Below, piece after piece: positions 41,332 through 55,597 of a DNA stretch of 64,000 nucleotides. Every line of letters starts with the position of its first letter. Positions within the stretch are counted from its first letter, which is position 1. The translations under genes were made by a program, and so were the position numbers. A model generated the notes under the pieces. The model worked only from the letters and a program-made list of their open reading frames with translations, was not told where the DNA came from and searched no databases. This DNA is from Octopus vulgaris (lineage: Eukaryota), in assembly GCA_951406725.2 (NCBI GenBank), contig OX597829.1:6262001-6326000 (forward strand), in the 5' to 3' direction.

Positions 41332-42628
41332 AAATGATTGTGACTTCGACGTATATGAATGCTATGTACAGGACAGAAGAAATTAATGATATATATAGTA
41401 GAGTTCTATCAATAGTAGCATCTAGTCGCTGATTTGTAATGCTGGTCTGATGTCTGTTTGACTTAATGTTGGTGCGGAGTATAGTAGTGTTGTTTTGTAT
41501 GATAATGCTGGTGTGGTGCATACTTGTGTTGGTGTAGTATGTGGTAGTATTGATGTGCAGTGTATTAAGTTTCTCATGTATAGTAGTGTTAGTTTGCAGT
41601 GTATTGTAGTATTAAGCTTTTGCCTAGATGCCTTAGTGTATTGTGTATCAATATATATTAATTTTTGCATGACTGTGTTTTGTACAGTGTGGTTCTAGAT
41701 TTTGTGAGATGAGTCATGTGTGTTAGTATTACCAGCTGATAGTATATTATATAGAAGTAATTTTAAAGATTCTTCGAATACTTTATTTCATTAATATTTG
41801 AGATAACGATAATTACAATTTGAGATCTGTACCCTTAAGATATCATGAAATATATTTTTTTTTAATATAATCAAATTAACTTCCAGAGATATAAATTCTG
41901 AATACAGTCACTCTGTAATATCAAAAGACATAGTAACTATTTAAATTACATGTTGTGAGATGGCATGTATTACTTTATATGGGAACGAATGGTAAGAATT
42001 AAGGTGTACATTATGCCAACTGCGACTGAAATGGAAATAGGGTATCTAAAACAAAGGAATACAATTAACCACAACTGTAAGAACACAACAGTACCAAACC
42101 TTATAACAAGTATATGATCTAAAACAACATTTACAACAATAAAGGTTGTACAGGTCTAGTATTTTATGAAGTGCATACAACTCCTTGAATTAAACTCACT
42201 GTAACGCAATTATTTCCTTTGTGGAACTAGGGTGACAAAACCTAGGTACACCTTGCAGCAATTTTGACGTGAAAATCGCAAAAGGACACAACTAAATCTG
42301 ACTGCAAGTCCATCAGAATGAATCTTTACGAAACTGTACGATAAGTATTCAAGAATCACAGGATAGAATTGAGGGACTTCATCTTGACAGCCCGAACGCA
42401 TAATCTAAAATATATATTCTGAATATCAAACACATACAAGGAAATTATCTAGTATACGAATACGTGGTCAACATCCGTAACATTAAATACAGTTATAACG
42501 TAACGATAATTTTCCCTACGGGACTCATTGTATACATTGAAATGTCAATAAAATAAACACACCAGATTGTTCATTTATAAAATCGAATAATGTAGAGAAA
42601 AATATTATTATTATCATTATATTTATTA

Positions 42629-42734
<106 letters not shown>

Positions 42735-42769
42735 CCATCATCATTATCATTATTATTATTATTTTTATT

Positions 42770-43045
42770 GAGTGAAAGAGCAGTGCATGTCATCAAAATG
42801 ACACTGGGGGTAAAATATACGAAGCCCAGTATACCCATCATGACTACCCGTCTAGGCACATGCATCACAGCTATAAGTGCGTGACATGGTGATCTCATAT
42901 CAAGATAAAAAAAAAACCCATGACTTTGCAGTCAGACTTTTCTTCTGGTCGAGCAGCCCATCCCGCTCAAAAGGTCACTGAATAAGGGTTGTTTAGGGAT
43001 GCTGAACGAAACTCCCGTCTGTAGAGGTGAATTATTCAAACACCT
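42770..43045 (-). mobile_element. (TAA)n-tailed retroposon 3' fragment
   Basis: Aligns with 54343-54630; tail array at 42600-42768. Confidence 0.8.
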
Positions 43046-43230
43046 AAGGCCTTCACATGTAGAAAAGCCTTAGGGAGCTAGTTAGGTATTTTGCATGTGA
43101 AGCCCTTTGGGGATAAATTGGAGTCAGTTTAGCAAACATACCCCTGCTTTTTTGATTTCCGCTGAAAATATGAGTCAGTTAACCGTAGAACAGAACAACG
43201 AAATTGTAAGTCATTATCAGCTGTAGTAAC

Positions 43231-43480
43231 AGTGGAGGCGCAATGGCCCAGTGGTTAGGGCAGCGGACTCGCGATCGGAAGATCGCGTCTTCGATTCCCG
43301 GACCGAGCGTTGTGTGTGTTTATTGAGCGAAAACACCTAAAGCTCCACGAGGCTCCGGCAGGGGGTGGTGGCGACCCCTGTTGTACTCTTTCGTTCCAAC
43401 TTCCTCTCACTCTTTCTTACTGCGACTTCCTACGACTTTCTTCCCCGACTTCCTCCGCAACCGCTGAGCCTGGATGCGCA
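43231..43480 (+). mobile_element. tRNA-derived SINE (third family)
   Basis: ggaggcgcaatggcccagtggttagggcagcggactcgcgatcgg...ttcgattccc (A and B boxes), followed by a non-tRNA body. Confidence 0.8.
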
Positions 43481-43730
43481 TTCATCCATCCTCATTTCGA
43501 TCTTTGGTAGACCAAAATGGGCTCATGGTACTCGAGCCCGAACAGATGCGTGTGGAATTTCAGCAACGCTTTGCTAAACTATTTGGAACGAATGGTAATC
43601 CGGAACGCAGGAATGAACTTCAGTGTCTACATCTACGGTATGCCATGATTTTGACAAGTGGAGCAGAGTGTTGCAAAATGATAAAACAATTGCGGAAATA
43701 CGGGATACAATGATGGGTTGCACGGTAGGG
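43480..43730 (+). mobile_element. L1/Tx1-like ORF2 linker fragment
   Basis: RSLVDQNGLMVLEPEQMRVEFQQRFAKLFG resembles the pre-RT 'I.SL...G.......F..Y..LF' region. Confidence 0.5.
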
Positions 43731-44326
43731 TAGGGGTATCAACTGCAGTCTCAATAACTGGTTTGGATAGTCAGAAATATATACTGTTGCTGTTCTTGTA
43801 GAATTAATATTTGTGTGATAGCGGAAGCGGTGTCTGTTGTTTGGGTTAGTGTGGAGGTCGTTTTGGGGTCACTTTTCGTTTATTCCCGATCGTTACTGCT
43901 ACGGCTGCTTCTGTTGCTGTTTTTTGTTTTCTCTCTCTTTTTTTTTTCTTTTTTGTCTTTGCTGATGTATCTGTGATTTGTGTGTCGACCATATCAGTTA
44001 TTGGTAGGAAAATAATGTTTAATGACTGTTCCAACAGCTGTCTCTTCCTCCGATTTTGGGAAGCCTTGTTATAATTTTTTGTTTTGAAATATAAAAATCT
44101 AATTTCTAAAGATCAAAATATTCGCACCTAAAGGGCAAATTTTTAGCTAAACCAGTTCTGTGTAAGCAAAGCGAGAGAGCTTATTTAGTAACAATCCAAT
44201 AAAAATTCCAATACCAAATGATAAAAAAACAAATTTCATAGAAAACTTAAGAGCCTAATAATAATAACGATAATAATAACAAAAAACAACAACAACAACA
44301 ACAATAATAATAACAATAATAATAAC

Positions 44327-44428
<102 letters not shown>

Positions 44429-44469
44429 AAGAAGAAGAAGAATAACAACAATAATAATAATTAAAATAA

Positions 44470-44790
44470 TAATAATAATAGGAGCACTAGGAATGATCAA
44501 GAAGGGAACCGAAAATTATATGAGAATGATCCCTGGCTTACTATCCCTGCAAGAAGTGCAAAAGATTGTCTTAACTGGTACATCACACTTATTGAGAAGA
44601 GCATTGCCGTTGTGAGAACTATTTCTACCCATGTATTTTAATTTAACTTTTTTTCTATCATAAAAAAAAAATGAACGAACTAGTGAGTTTAGTTTAATGG
44701 CCTACCAATGTATACTATGAGTTTCTTTGCCCTAGGAGTCGGAAAGACACTCGGCAAGAAATGGAAGCAAATTTGAAAGAAGAAAAACCC
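44470..44790 (+). mobile_element. RLE-type LINE extreme 3' end flanked by (TAA)n on both sides
   Basis: IIGALGMIKKGTENYMRMIPG...VQKIVLTGTSHLLRRAL, then a UTR; TAA arrays at 44255-44480 and 44791-44912. Confidence 0.88.
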
Positions 44791-44913
<123 letters not shown>

Positions 44914-45139
44914 TTCCTTCAAACGGCAGCAGCAGCAGCAATATTGATAGTAGCAGTTGTACTAATATAGGTATTCTTTCTGGTTGTGTTAGTTGTGGAT
45001 AAAGTGGATGCGATGGTTTTGTTGCAATGCCGATATGGGTAGCATTGGATGTTCCGTTAATTGTTCTTTGTAAGTACTTAAGTAGCATATACTTCATGAG
45101 ACTCCGGAATGAACATCACTTTTAATTATTATTGCTGCG

Positions 45140-45154
45140 GCTAGTACTACTACT

Positions 45155-45193
<39 letters not shown>

Positions 45194-45258
45194 AGGTGGT
45201 GATGGTGATGGTAGTGATGGTAGTGATGGTAGTGGTGGTGTTGATGTTGGTGGTAGTT

Positions 45259-45289
<31 letters not shown>

Positions 45290-45365
45290 TGGTGGTGGTG
45301 GTAGTAGTAGTAATAGTGGTGGTGATGGTGTTAGTGGTGGTGGTGGTAGTACTAGTAGTAGTAGT
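45140..45365. repeat. (TAG)/(TGG) microsatellite
   Basis: Directly visible. Confidence 0.95.
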
Positions 45366-46787
45366 GTCATTATTATCTCCCCATTCGCAAACACAATCAC
45401 TATACGTTTCTTTGATGAACAAGAAAAAAACTTTCAAACGCATTGTACGTATAAATTGATTGAATGTTAAGTATCTTACAGCAACGAGAGAATGGTTCAC
45501 TGTGACGGCCACCAAAATAATGATGCTGAGTGGATGGAAAATAGAAATATACTGTAAATGAATGAATATGTACTCAGGTATATTTATATATATATATATG
45601 TATATATATATGAATGTAGGTATATATGTGTGTATGCGTGTGTGTGTGTGTTTACATAGAGATAGAGTGTGTGGGACTTATCCCTTTGCTGCGTTTCTAC
45701 TTCCTTTCATACAAAAATCTTCAATGCTGAACACTAATTGATTGAAAAAGTCTCAGACGTAAGTATCGCAAATATTTTGCCATTATATAATTCAATATAT
45801 GTTTTGCAATGACCTACAACTACCCTTTTTTATTATTGGTATTTTCGTGGTCTTGTTATATGATATTTTGCTTTGTTTTGTTGTTTTCATTATAACACTA
45901 TTGTGGTGAACAAACTGAGAACTTTCAAATATCTTTTCTCTTTCCTTGTTGGTTATTACTTTACGCGTTCCTTTATTTTGACGTGAAGTTTATTTACTAA
46001 ATAGTTCTTGTTTTTTTTATATTTTATATCCAGTATGTGGTTAATTCATGCTGCTATTTCTCTCTCTATTATTTTTTGTTTCGAATAAATACGCATTTAT
46101 CTCAAATCAGACGAACAATTTTAGGTTGGAGGATACGGAAGTATGCAAAATAATGCAATCGAGGGTTTCAGATATCGTGTCGAAAGGTGTGACGAAAGGG
46201 GAGAAAGCTGGTAAAGAGGAGTGTGCAAGCGAGAAGAATGGATGCGTGGTCATTTGCTAAGTTTTAAAGGAGAATTGTGTTAATCGCATTGCAGGAAAAG
46301 TTGAATCGAGTATTAGAGTTTATACTATAGAACAGGCACTAGATTGAAAACAACACTTTAGGTGTCCGAGGGTTGTGACAATTGCATTTTCTTTTCTTAA
46401 CTAGACTGCCGTTCTTTCTGCTTTCTTGCTTATCTTTCATTTTTCTCTTTTTTCTTTCTCGTTATTTTTTCTGTCTATCACTTTCTTTTTATCTCTGTTT
46501 ATTTCCCTTTCAACATGCCCAACTTCAAGCATAACACGATACAATTAAGTTGTTCCTCCGATGATCGATTGCTATCCATTATTCAATTGCTATTGGAGGT
46601 TCACCGCAGATGATGCAAATGGCCTCAATCGTGAAACGTGCGTAGGAAACAAATGATAGCCACATCGTTTGTTTCTCATATTTTTACTATATATGTATGT
46701 ACATATATACCCGTATTTATAGACACGTATATCCGTATATAAATATGTGTATATATATATATGTATGCACACACACACACGCATATA

Positions 46788-46837
<50 letters not shown>

Positions 46838-46895
46838 TAATATATATGCATATATATATCTATATATCTATATATACATATATATATGTATATAT

Positions 46896-47303
46896 TACTC
46901 TCTTTACTCTTTTACTCTTTTACTTGTTTCCGTCATTTAACTGCGGCCATACTGGAGCACCGCCTTTTAGTCGAGCAAATCGACTCCAGGACTTATTCTT
47001 TGTAAGCCTAGTACTTATTCTATCAGTCTTTTTTTGCTGAACCGCTAAGTTACGGGGACGTAAACACACCACCGTCGGTTGTCAAGCAATGGTGGGGGGA
47101 CAAACACAGACACACAAACATATACACACATTCATATATACGACGGGCTTCTTTCAGTTTCCGTCTACCAAATCCACTCACAAGGCTTTGGTCGGCCCGA
47201 GGCTATAGTAGAAGACACTTGCCCAAGGTGCCACGCAGTGCAGATGAACCCGGAACCATGTGGTTGGTAAGCAAGCTACTTACCACACAGCCACTCCTGC
47301 GCC
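46896..47303 (-). mobile_element. Full-length SINE family B
   Basis: Reverse complement of 32938-33355. Confidence 0.93.
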
Positions 47304-47334
<31 letters not shown>

Positions 47335-47337
<3 letters not shown>

Positions 47338-47710
47338 GGAATGGCTGTGTGGTTAGTAGCTTGCTAACCAACCACATGGTTGCGGGTTCATTCGCACTGC
47401 GTGGCATCTTGGGCAAGTGTCTTCTGCTATAGCCTCGGGCCGACCAATGCCTTGTGAGTGGATTTGGTAGACGGAAACTGAAAGAAGCCTGTCGTATATA
47501 TATATATGTGTGTGTATGTGTGTTTGTGTGTCTGTGTTTGTCCCCCTAGCATTGCTTGTCAACCGATGCTGGTGTGTTTACGACTCCGTCAATTAGCGGT
47601 TCGGCAAAAGAGACCGATAGAATAAGTACTGGGCTCGACTAAAGGCGGTGCTCCAGCATGACCGCAGTCAAATGACTGAAACAAGTAAAAGAGAGAGTAA
47701 AAGAGAAAGA
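47335..47710 (+). mobile_element. Full-length SINE family B, head-to-head with the previous copy
   Basis: gcaggaatggctgtgtggttag...ggcggtgctccagcatgaccgcagtcaaatgactgaaac. Confidence 0.93.
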
Positions 47711-49974
47711 GAGATATATGCATACACGTATTGATGCATTCAGAATCACCTTCTTAGTCCTGCATGCATCTGTGCACCATAACTCGTGTCTGTGTGTATA
47801 TATCACTATATATGCGTTTGAATGCGCGCATTTCAGAAAACTTATGAGTTGATTCATGTCTGCATGCATATAGATTTGTATGTGTCTGTAATATATATGT
47901 GTACATGGTATAGCCCAAAACTCTAACAAAGGTGTGTTTGCATGTATGTGTGTGCGGGTGGGCGGGCGTGTGTCTGTGCGTATGCGTGCGTGTGTGTGTG
48001 TATGTATGTACGTATATATGCAAGCATGTATATATGTGTGTGAGTGTATTTCTATGTGTGCGTCTGCTTGTTTATGTGCATGTGTGTATGTGTGTATGTT
48101 TATGCTTGTATGTAAATGCTCTTGTGTACGTATTTGTTTTCGTATAACATTTCACGTCTGCTAAATGCAGATGAATACATACGCATGTGAGTGCTTTTGT
48201 GAGTCTGTGATTCATGGTTATCTTGTTTAGTGTGCTGGGCAGAAAATAATTCAGCATAGTCTAATATTTTGCATCACATCGATTTTTCGTGACTGCCAAT
48301 ATTTAGTCGGAAATGAAAGCACACAGATGTAACCTCAACGTCTTGACTTTAGTCACGGAACCTCTCTTCCACATATCAGTTTACCTTGTCTCAACGTTTA
48401 AATCATGCAGAAGAGATGGGTACTTAAAATAAAATAGACCGACCAAGAAACGTTATGAGTACACGTACTAGATACACACAATGCAATAAATTATTTATGT
48501 CATGAAGAAGTGAAGTACAACGTTTCGGAGAAAATCTATTTGTCAGAAAGGGAGAACTGTTACCCGGTATTGAAAAATATATAAATTATTATTAGTGTGA
48601 GAAGGAAAGAGCTAGGAAAATAGATATTAGTGGAGGGAAGTTTCAAGTTTAGAGCAAGGACAAAGCAAATGCATCGCAAGTAAATCTCATATTGAGGAGA
48701 GCAGCATATGTTAACACCATAGAAGTGGTATACAAAGGTGACGCACACATACTCACGTACACACACATACAGTAAAGTATAAAGACCAATTTGCATTCCT
48801 TAATACTTTTGTAAGAGTGAGATTTAATATTAAATTACTGGCCTGTTAACCATGTTTAATTTCATTATTATAATAACCTATAGAACATAACTATAGCCTT
48901 TTAGACAAAACTGTATGTTACGACTATCGTAAATAGTTTGGCTGTACAATATGTGTGCAAATTTTGAAAGATAATCTTAACCTCTAATAGTTGTGGGTTT
49001 CGGGAATATATATGTGATTACTTAAAGCTAGTATAGAATTGCTGACAAAAATTCCCAAAACAATCGAAATCTACATATAGTATTCTCCCTTTAAATGTCC
49101 GTGTACATATCGTATAGATGAAACGTTTATAGTCGTCGCATCATACAATGTTGGCTAAAAAACCAACTCAGGAAATCGGATTGAGCTGTTTAATGCGTCT
49201 AGATAATCATCCCTTCGTCACATTTTAAAGAAAATTGCACAAGTGAAACCCGAAACAGGAGTTCGATAAAGCGACGGAGTATTTTACAAAGAAGAGTGAT
49301 GTAAAAAGATTCCTATCCACAAAATAAAAGGTTCTCTGACATTGCCTACTAATGACCAATATTTCAATCTTTCTTTCCAATATTTTGGTTTCTATGAAAT
49401 TTAAATTGTCTCTTCACCCACTGAAGAAAACTGATTCTAACAAATACAAAAGGAAACATTTCAAATCAACATGTTTGCTGATTAAAGATTTTCTTTAGTA
49501 GTACTGATAATGAGTGAAAGAAATAAAGGTATTCTTGTTTACCCTTTCAAATTTTAGGCCAATTTTGGATTACATTAGAAAATGTTAACGTAACTCTTTC
49601 ATCGGAATAGTATTATCAAACTGAAATAATTAATCACCGATAAGTTTAATTTCAGATGTTTCGACATTAGCTGAAAAAAATGTAACAATTGAATAACAAT
49701 AAAAGAAAAGAGAAAACAAAGATAGTGAAAGAAGTGAACACATTATTAGTCGTAGTTTTAATCCAATTTCCTTGATGGAGAGGCTAATGAGAAGAAAGAG
49801 AAGTAAATGAAAATAAATTATGTATAAAAAGAATAAAGAATAGGAGATTAAATAAAAGATACAAGTAAAAATAATAATAAAAATGAGACTGTAGGGGAAA
49901 ATGATGATACTGACCGTGTTGGAAATGATGTCGACATGAATGCTGGTGCTACTGCCCCTACCGATATTGGCGAC

Positions 49975-50160
49975 GATAACTATGATGGTGATGATGATGA
50001 TGACGATGACGACGATGATTACGATGACGACATCGACTACGACGATGATGATTATGATAAAGATGACGACGACGACGGTGATGATGATGAGGTGGACGAT
50101 GATGTTACTGTTGATGAAAACGATTTCGACGTTGTCCATATTGATGTTGTTGATGTTGTT
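49975..50160. repeat. Degenerate (GAT/GAC)n repeat
   Basis: Directly visible. Confidence 0.9.
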
Positions 50161-50774
50161 GCACTACCACATTAAGTGTAAACAGTGAAAGCAAAAAGGG
50201 GGAAGTGAACTCTGGTGTATGATGACAAAAACAAAACGTTTTATGTTACTTTGCAGTAAACTCCTGCTAAAAATTGTTCTGTTTCAGGAACGATGTTAAA
50301 TATAATTTCCCGCCTATAAGAGACTATTAGTCACTTGGTGTTAGGTATTAAAGTACTTTATACTGAAAATATCTTGAAAACTATTTTATAACCAGCTTTA
50401 TAAAACCAATTTTGAGGAAGCAGGTATCGAAATGTTCAGCTTCCCAGAAATATGAATGCTCAGAAATAAGATATAATTAATCTTGGAGAACTTTTCAGCG
50501 TATGTTCATATTAAGTTTAAATTATTTGTGACAACGAAATTAAATCTATAGCGTGAAAGAATAAACCGAAATGGCCAACTTCTGACATAAGACGCATTGA
50601 AAACGCTCGATCTCACCCGGTAGCAAATCTTTTGTTACAGAACGTTCTATTTTCAAAACTGTCCAACGTCAGGTAGTTTGAGAAAAACAAGATTCCTTTA
50701 ACCATCAATTTATGGTCAATTGAGAATTATAAGCAGTTCTAATAATGCACACATTATCGATGTCACATACGAAC

Positions 50775-51264
50775 CACTCATTGGCTACTGGATGGCGTCA
50801 GAGGTAATAATTCATTTGAGTTATCGAATCTATTTTAACACTTGGTGACGTAAAAGGATTCTCCCTCTGATTCCATTTCGCAGCCAATGTACGCATAAAG
50901 AGAATACATACGGTATATGACATCGGCAATGTTTATATTATTTGAATAGTTATAATACAAAATTTAATTTTGTTTAGCCTGTGCGGTTGTATTACATATC
51001 AGCAAATGCAAAATAAAGAATTAGCATATAAGTCTCAGACGAGCAATTGCATTTCGTTCCGCGATGACTCGAGTACACGAGGACCATGAGGCCGATGCAA
51101 AAGCAGAACTATCGACATTAACCGTACACGATTACTTACGGGGCGAGTTGTCTCACCTGATTGAGATTTTCTGTCTTTTAACTCTTGTCCTCTTAAAATG
51201 ATTTCTCCATCTTTGACACTATCCCGCATCCAATGAGCGCATAGACCAAACTCATACGGTAAGT
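50775..51264 (+). promoter_or_regulatory. Candidate promoter and non-coding first exon
   Basis: Non-repetitive segment with ATTGG 50780, CGTCA 50796, TGACGT 50846, CCAAT 50884, TATAAG 51027, a CpG-richer stretch and donor CG|GTAAGT at 51259. Confidence 0.25.
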
Positions 51265-52017
51265 ATGTGAAACCCATAAAGTATATTTTATATTAAGCCA
51301 GTGAATACTGTCTATTGCGTATTTACGTGTATACATGTGTGTATGTATGTATTATGTATGTATCTATCTATCAGTCTATCTATCTATCAATCAATCTATC
51401 TAGCAGTCACTCTATTTCTCGCCACGCAGACATACATATGCACGCGCGCGCGCGCGTGTGTAACTATTAGTGACAGAAGGTGTATTAGAAAGGCAAATTT
51501 TGAGTTATTTCCTTTAGGAGGACTTCTCATATGCCCGCGTAGGGCATAGAAGCACACATTTATATTGCTGGTAGACAAGAGTCGTCTGCTACGGGCGCGG
51601 GAACTGTCGGATCACGCTCTACCGGTCACCTCAGTAGCTGACGAGCTATAGCGGCATACCAGCCGACAGAAGCAGTTTTATTTTTTAATAAACTTTGTGG
51701 CTATTTGCGACAACTGTGCCTGAAATGACACTGAAATATTATGTCACTGGCAAAGAGATTCAGCTGGTATACTGCTACCGGAGGTCTGCCGCTGAAAAGA
51801 AAAGATAGGTCAAAATCGCATGACCTGACAATTTCTGCTCCTGTAGCAGACGGTTCTAGTATGCAAGCCATATAAATATGAGTGCTTTTCTACGCCATGC
51901 GTTCAATGAGAGGTCCACTGAAGGCAAATAATGCAGTTTTAGGCTTTTTGACACAACATCCACGTTAAGTTAGAGATAAAATTACATTTTGCTATACACA
52001 CACACATATATATATAT

Positions 52018-52361
<344 letters not shown>

Positions 52362-52416
52362 CAGATAGATAGATAAGAAAGTTGGTTTGTGAAAGCACGT
52401 GGGTGAATATATAGAA

Positions 52417-53340
52417 AAAAGTAAAGAGTGAAAAAACTACAGAAGGCTTAAATGTTAAAAAATATATATATTTGCGTCCATATGTCTGAAGAATATTAGA
52501 AAATTTAAAAAAAAAATTTTTTCTCTTATAATGACATAATTTAAAAGAAAGACCGGTTTCGCGTGTAGCTTTTCAAATTTCTTGCGACGTTATGTTTATG
52601 TTGAATAGAGTTTTCGTTATGTTTATGTTCAGGAGAGTTCTAAATAAGGGAAGGTAGTGAGTGATTTCTTCCGGTGTAAGGGAGATAATCACTTAAAATT
52701 TTTTTCCTTTCCCTTGGTGTGAATTTCTCTGTATTAGTATGTTCGGATGGTTGAGTCTGGGCTTGTATTTTTCAATGAAGAATGTTTCCTTGTTTAGTCT
52801 AATTTGTGTTGATGATCCGAAAGCACATTGGTAAAATGGAAAGATTAAAAATTGTGGTAGTAGTTGCTTTGCGCATTTTTCAATGTGCTCACTAAAAGGT
52901 ATCATTCTATATTCTGGGAATGCAATCTGTTGTCGATGCAGTGTGCATCTACGTCTGAGTGATAGTCCCGTGGAACCCACATAGTCTTGGTGGCAGCCCG
53001 AGCTCTTTATGACATAAATTATGTTTTCAGAGGCACAGGTCTGCCAAAAATTCATAAAAGTCAAATTATAAATGAAACCATTAAAAAATCACCAAAGACA
53101 TACATACATACACCTAACCCGGGGGACCTAAAACTACGACCCATTGTAGCTGGCCCAACCTGTGAAACACACAGACTAAGTCTACTTATGGACATCCTCC
53201 TGAAACCCTTCCTTAAACATATCGATAGCCATATCAGAGATGACTTAGATATGTTAAACCACCTTCCAAAAAAAGCCAAGGAAGAAACAATCCTGGTTTC
53301 ATTTGATGTAAACTTATATACCAGTATACCTCATAATACC
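52417..53340. mobile_element. Penelope-like element: GIY-YIG + 3'UTR (minus) joined to an inverted RT fragment (plus)
   Basis: Minus: CASENIIYVIKSSGCHQDYVGSTGLSLRRRCTLHRQQ...RLNKETFFIEKYKPRLN. Plus from 53041: LPKIHK...LRPIVAGPTCETHRLS...ILVSFDVNLYTSIPH (PLE RT motifs). Confidence 0.93.
52545..52583 (-). ncRNA. Minimal hammerhead (U3-A8 variant) in the PLE 3'UTR
   Basis: Minus: AAGAAAT-TTGAAAA-GC-tacac-GC-GAAA-CCGG-TC-TTTCTT; paralog of 37825-37864. Confidence 0.72.
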
Positions 53341-53342
53341 TC

Positions 53343-53374
<32 letters not shown>

Positions 53375-53384
53375 ATATATACAT

Positions 53385-53419
<35 letters not shown>

Positions 53420-53420
53420 T

Positions 53421-53474
<54 letters not shown>

Positions 53475-53685
53475 CGTTCCTATATTTGGTTTGCAAGAGT
53501 CTTTATGTGAATTCATATATTGAAGCAATGACTTTTGAAGAGGTTGCAAGAAGCAATGAAAATTTTAGAAAAATAAATATATGTAAATGAGTGAAAACCG
53601 AACCGGTCAGTGTGTCAACTAATTAGACATTAAAATAGAATGACTCTCCTCAGACACAATAAAACATATGTGTGTGTGCGTGCGT

Positions 53686-53960
53686 AGAAATATTATTATT
53701 TCTAAATCTCTCTAAAGGAGAGATACTGCAGCAGTACTGGGTATTAATATTTATCGCCAAGCTAACGTGGCAGTCCAGAGAAATAGGACGAATCCTGCCG
53801 TTGATTAGCTCCAACAAGCCATTGCCTCTAGATAGCTATGTGACTCACAACTCTGTGCCCATAAAACCTTCGAAATGGGGAGGTCATCAACAACGATTCA
53901 GCACCCACTGACCGGTTTCGGGATATTTGCCCCTTATCAATGTAGATTAGCTAAACCCAG
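53686..53960 (-). mobile_element. Probable PLE pLTR with hammerhead
   Basis: Related to 52018-52161 and 31182-31320; contains the HHR at 53905-53946. Confidence 0.65.
53905..53946 (-). ncRNA. Minimal hammerhead (U3-A8 variant)
   Basis: Minus: CTACA-TTGATAA-GGG(g)-caaatat-CCC-GAAA-CCGG-TC-AGTGG. Confidence 0.7.
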
Positions 53961-54342
53961 CAGGCGTCGCTGTTGACCGTTTGTTCGAAGGTTTCTTTAT
54001 ATATATTCAGTGGAACACATTCACTGATTTATCTTATATCCAATCAACCTGTAAACCCTTCGTCCGAACATATAACAATGCAAATCTCAAACCATATCAT
54101 TCAATCTGCTATAATGTACCCATAAAAACAAATAAAACATCCAATGGTATAACTTTTTTGACCTGAAGATATGCTCAACTCTTATCAATTTAATATTTAC
54201 TTTTTTCTTCTTTTATATATATGTGTGTGTGTTTGGTAATTAGTAAGGGATTTCTTAAAGAGTTTACCTTTGTGCGTATGTTTGTCTATGTACCTACGTC
54301 CCCATACTTTTGTGGTTCGTAATAACCTTTATTATTATTATT

Positions 54343-54862
54343 GAGTGAGAGTGCATGCCATCAAAGTGAAACTGCGGTAAAATATACGAAGCCCAGTATA
54401 CCCATCATTACTACCCATCTGATAAGGATACACTAGGCACATGCATCACAACCATATGTGCGCAACATGGTCATCTCATATCAAGATAAACAGCACATGA
54501 CCTTGCAGGTGGGGCCCAGTTAGAATTTTCTTCAGGTCGGGTAACCTATCCCGCTCAAAAGGTCCCTGAATAAGGGTTGTTTAAGGATGTTGAAGGAAAC
54601 ACCTATTCTTCCAGAGGTGAATTATTCAAACCCCAAGGAATTCCTCTCAAAACATGACTGTGATACTCCCCCACTACTTCTGCTCATGATCAGAGATGCA
54701 CATATCGTCAGCCACCAAGGGACATGCTCAACTGGTTAAGGCCAAACAACTGACAAACAAATCTGTGGTATTGAGCAGAATATTTGCTGTAGCCCATCTT
54801 TTATACGAAGACAAAACAATGTACATGATAACACATCCAATCAGTTAAGATCAGAAGCCATG
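54343..54862 (-). mobile_element. (TAA)n-tailed retroposon / LINE 3'UTR, longest copy
   Basis: Same 3' terminus as the 922 and 42770 copies; no ORF. Confidence 0.8.
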
Positions 54863-55167
54863 ACAGTATTCGTTTTTGCTTCGATAAAATGGCAAAATTG
54901 TGGGTGTTAAGTTCCCATGGAGGGGTCTTTCTAACTTGTAAGAAGATGAAATTTTATAAATATTACTTCATGTGTGTCTAATATCTATGGTTAAAATTCC
55001 ATCAACAGCAAAAATATATGAATTGTCATGGGGGTTATGGCCCTTATACGTAGAACATAATTATACGTAGAACAAATTTCATAAAGATTCATTCAGTACT
55101 TTTGACCTAGTTTTGGATCATAAAAGAAATGACTAAAATTTCGGAGTTAAGGCTCCCATTAGAGTGC

Positions 55168-55288
<121 letters not shown>

Positions 55289-55323
55289 CACACACATACA
55301 AAGATAAATTGATAGATACAACT

Positions 55324-55505
55324 GAGTGGGCAAATAAATATATGAGACACAACCTAGTGCTTTTTTATGTTGATAAGCCTAGCACTTATTCTATTAGTTT
55401 GTTCGTGTGAAACAAGTAAGTTATGTGGATGTAAATAAATGAACAGCAGTTGTGAAGCAGTGATGAGGGGGAAACACAAAGACAAAGACACACACATACA
55501 CTTAC

Positions 55506-55560
<55 letters not shown>

Positions 55561-55591
55561 TGATTTGTTTCAGTTCCTGTCTACGAAATCC
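55324..55591 (-). mobile_element. Degenerate SINE family B segment (duplicated at 58388-58621)
   Basis: aagcctagcacttattctat...tttcagttcctgtctacgaaatcc. Confidence 0.7.
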
Positions 55592-55597
55592 ATATAT

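Noticed and set aside
43231-43305. Possible tRNA gene
   Set aside because: The acceptor and T stems do not close properly, and it continues into a SINE-like body with no terminator.
51638-51675. CTGACGA hammerhead-like core
   Set aside because: No GAAA after a stem II and no stem I/III.
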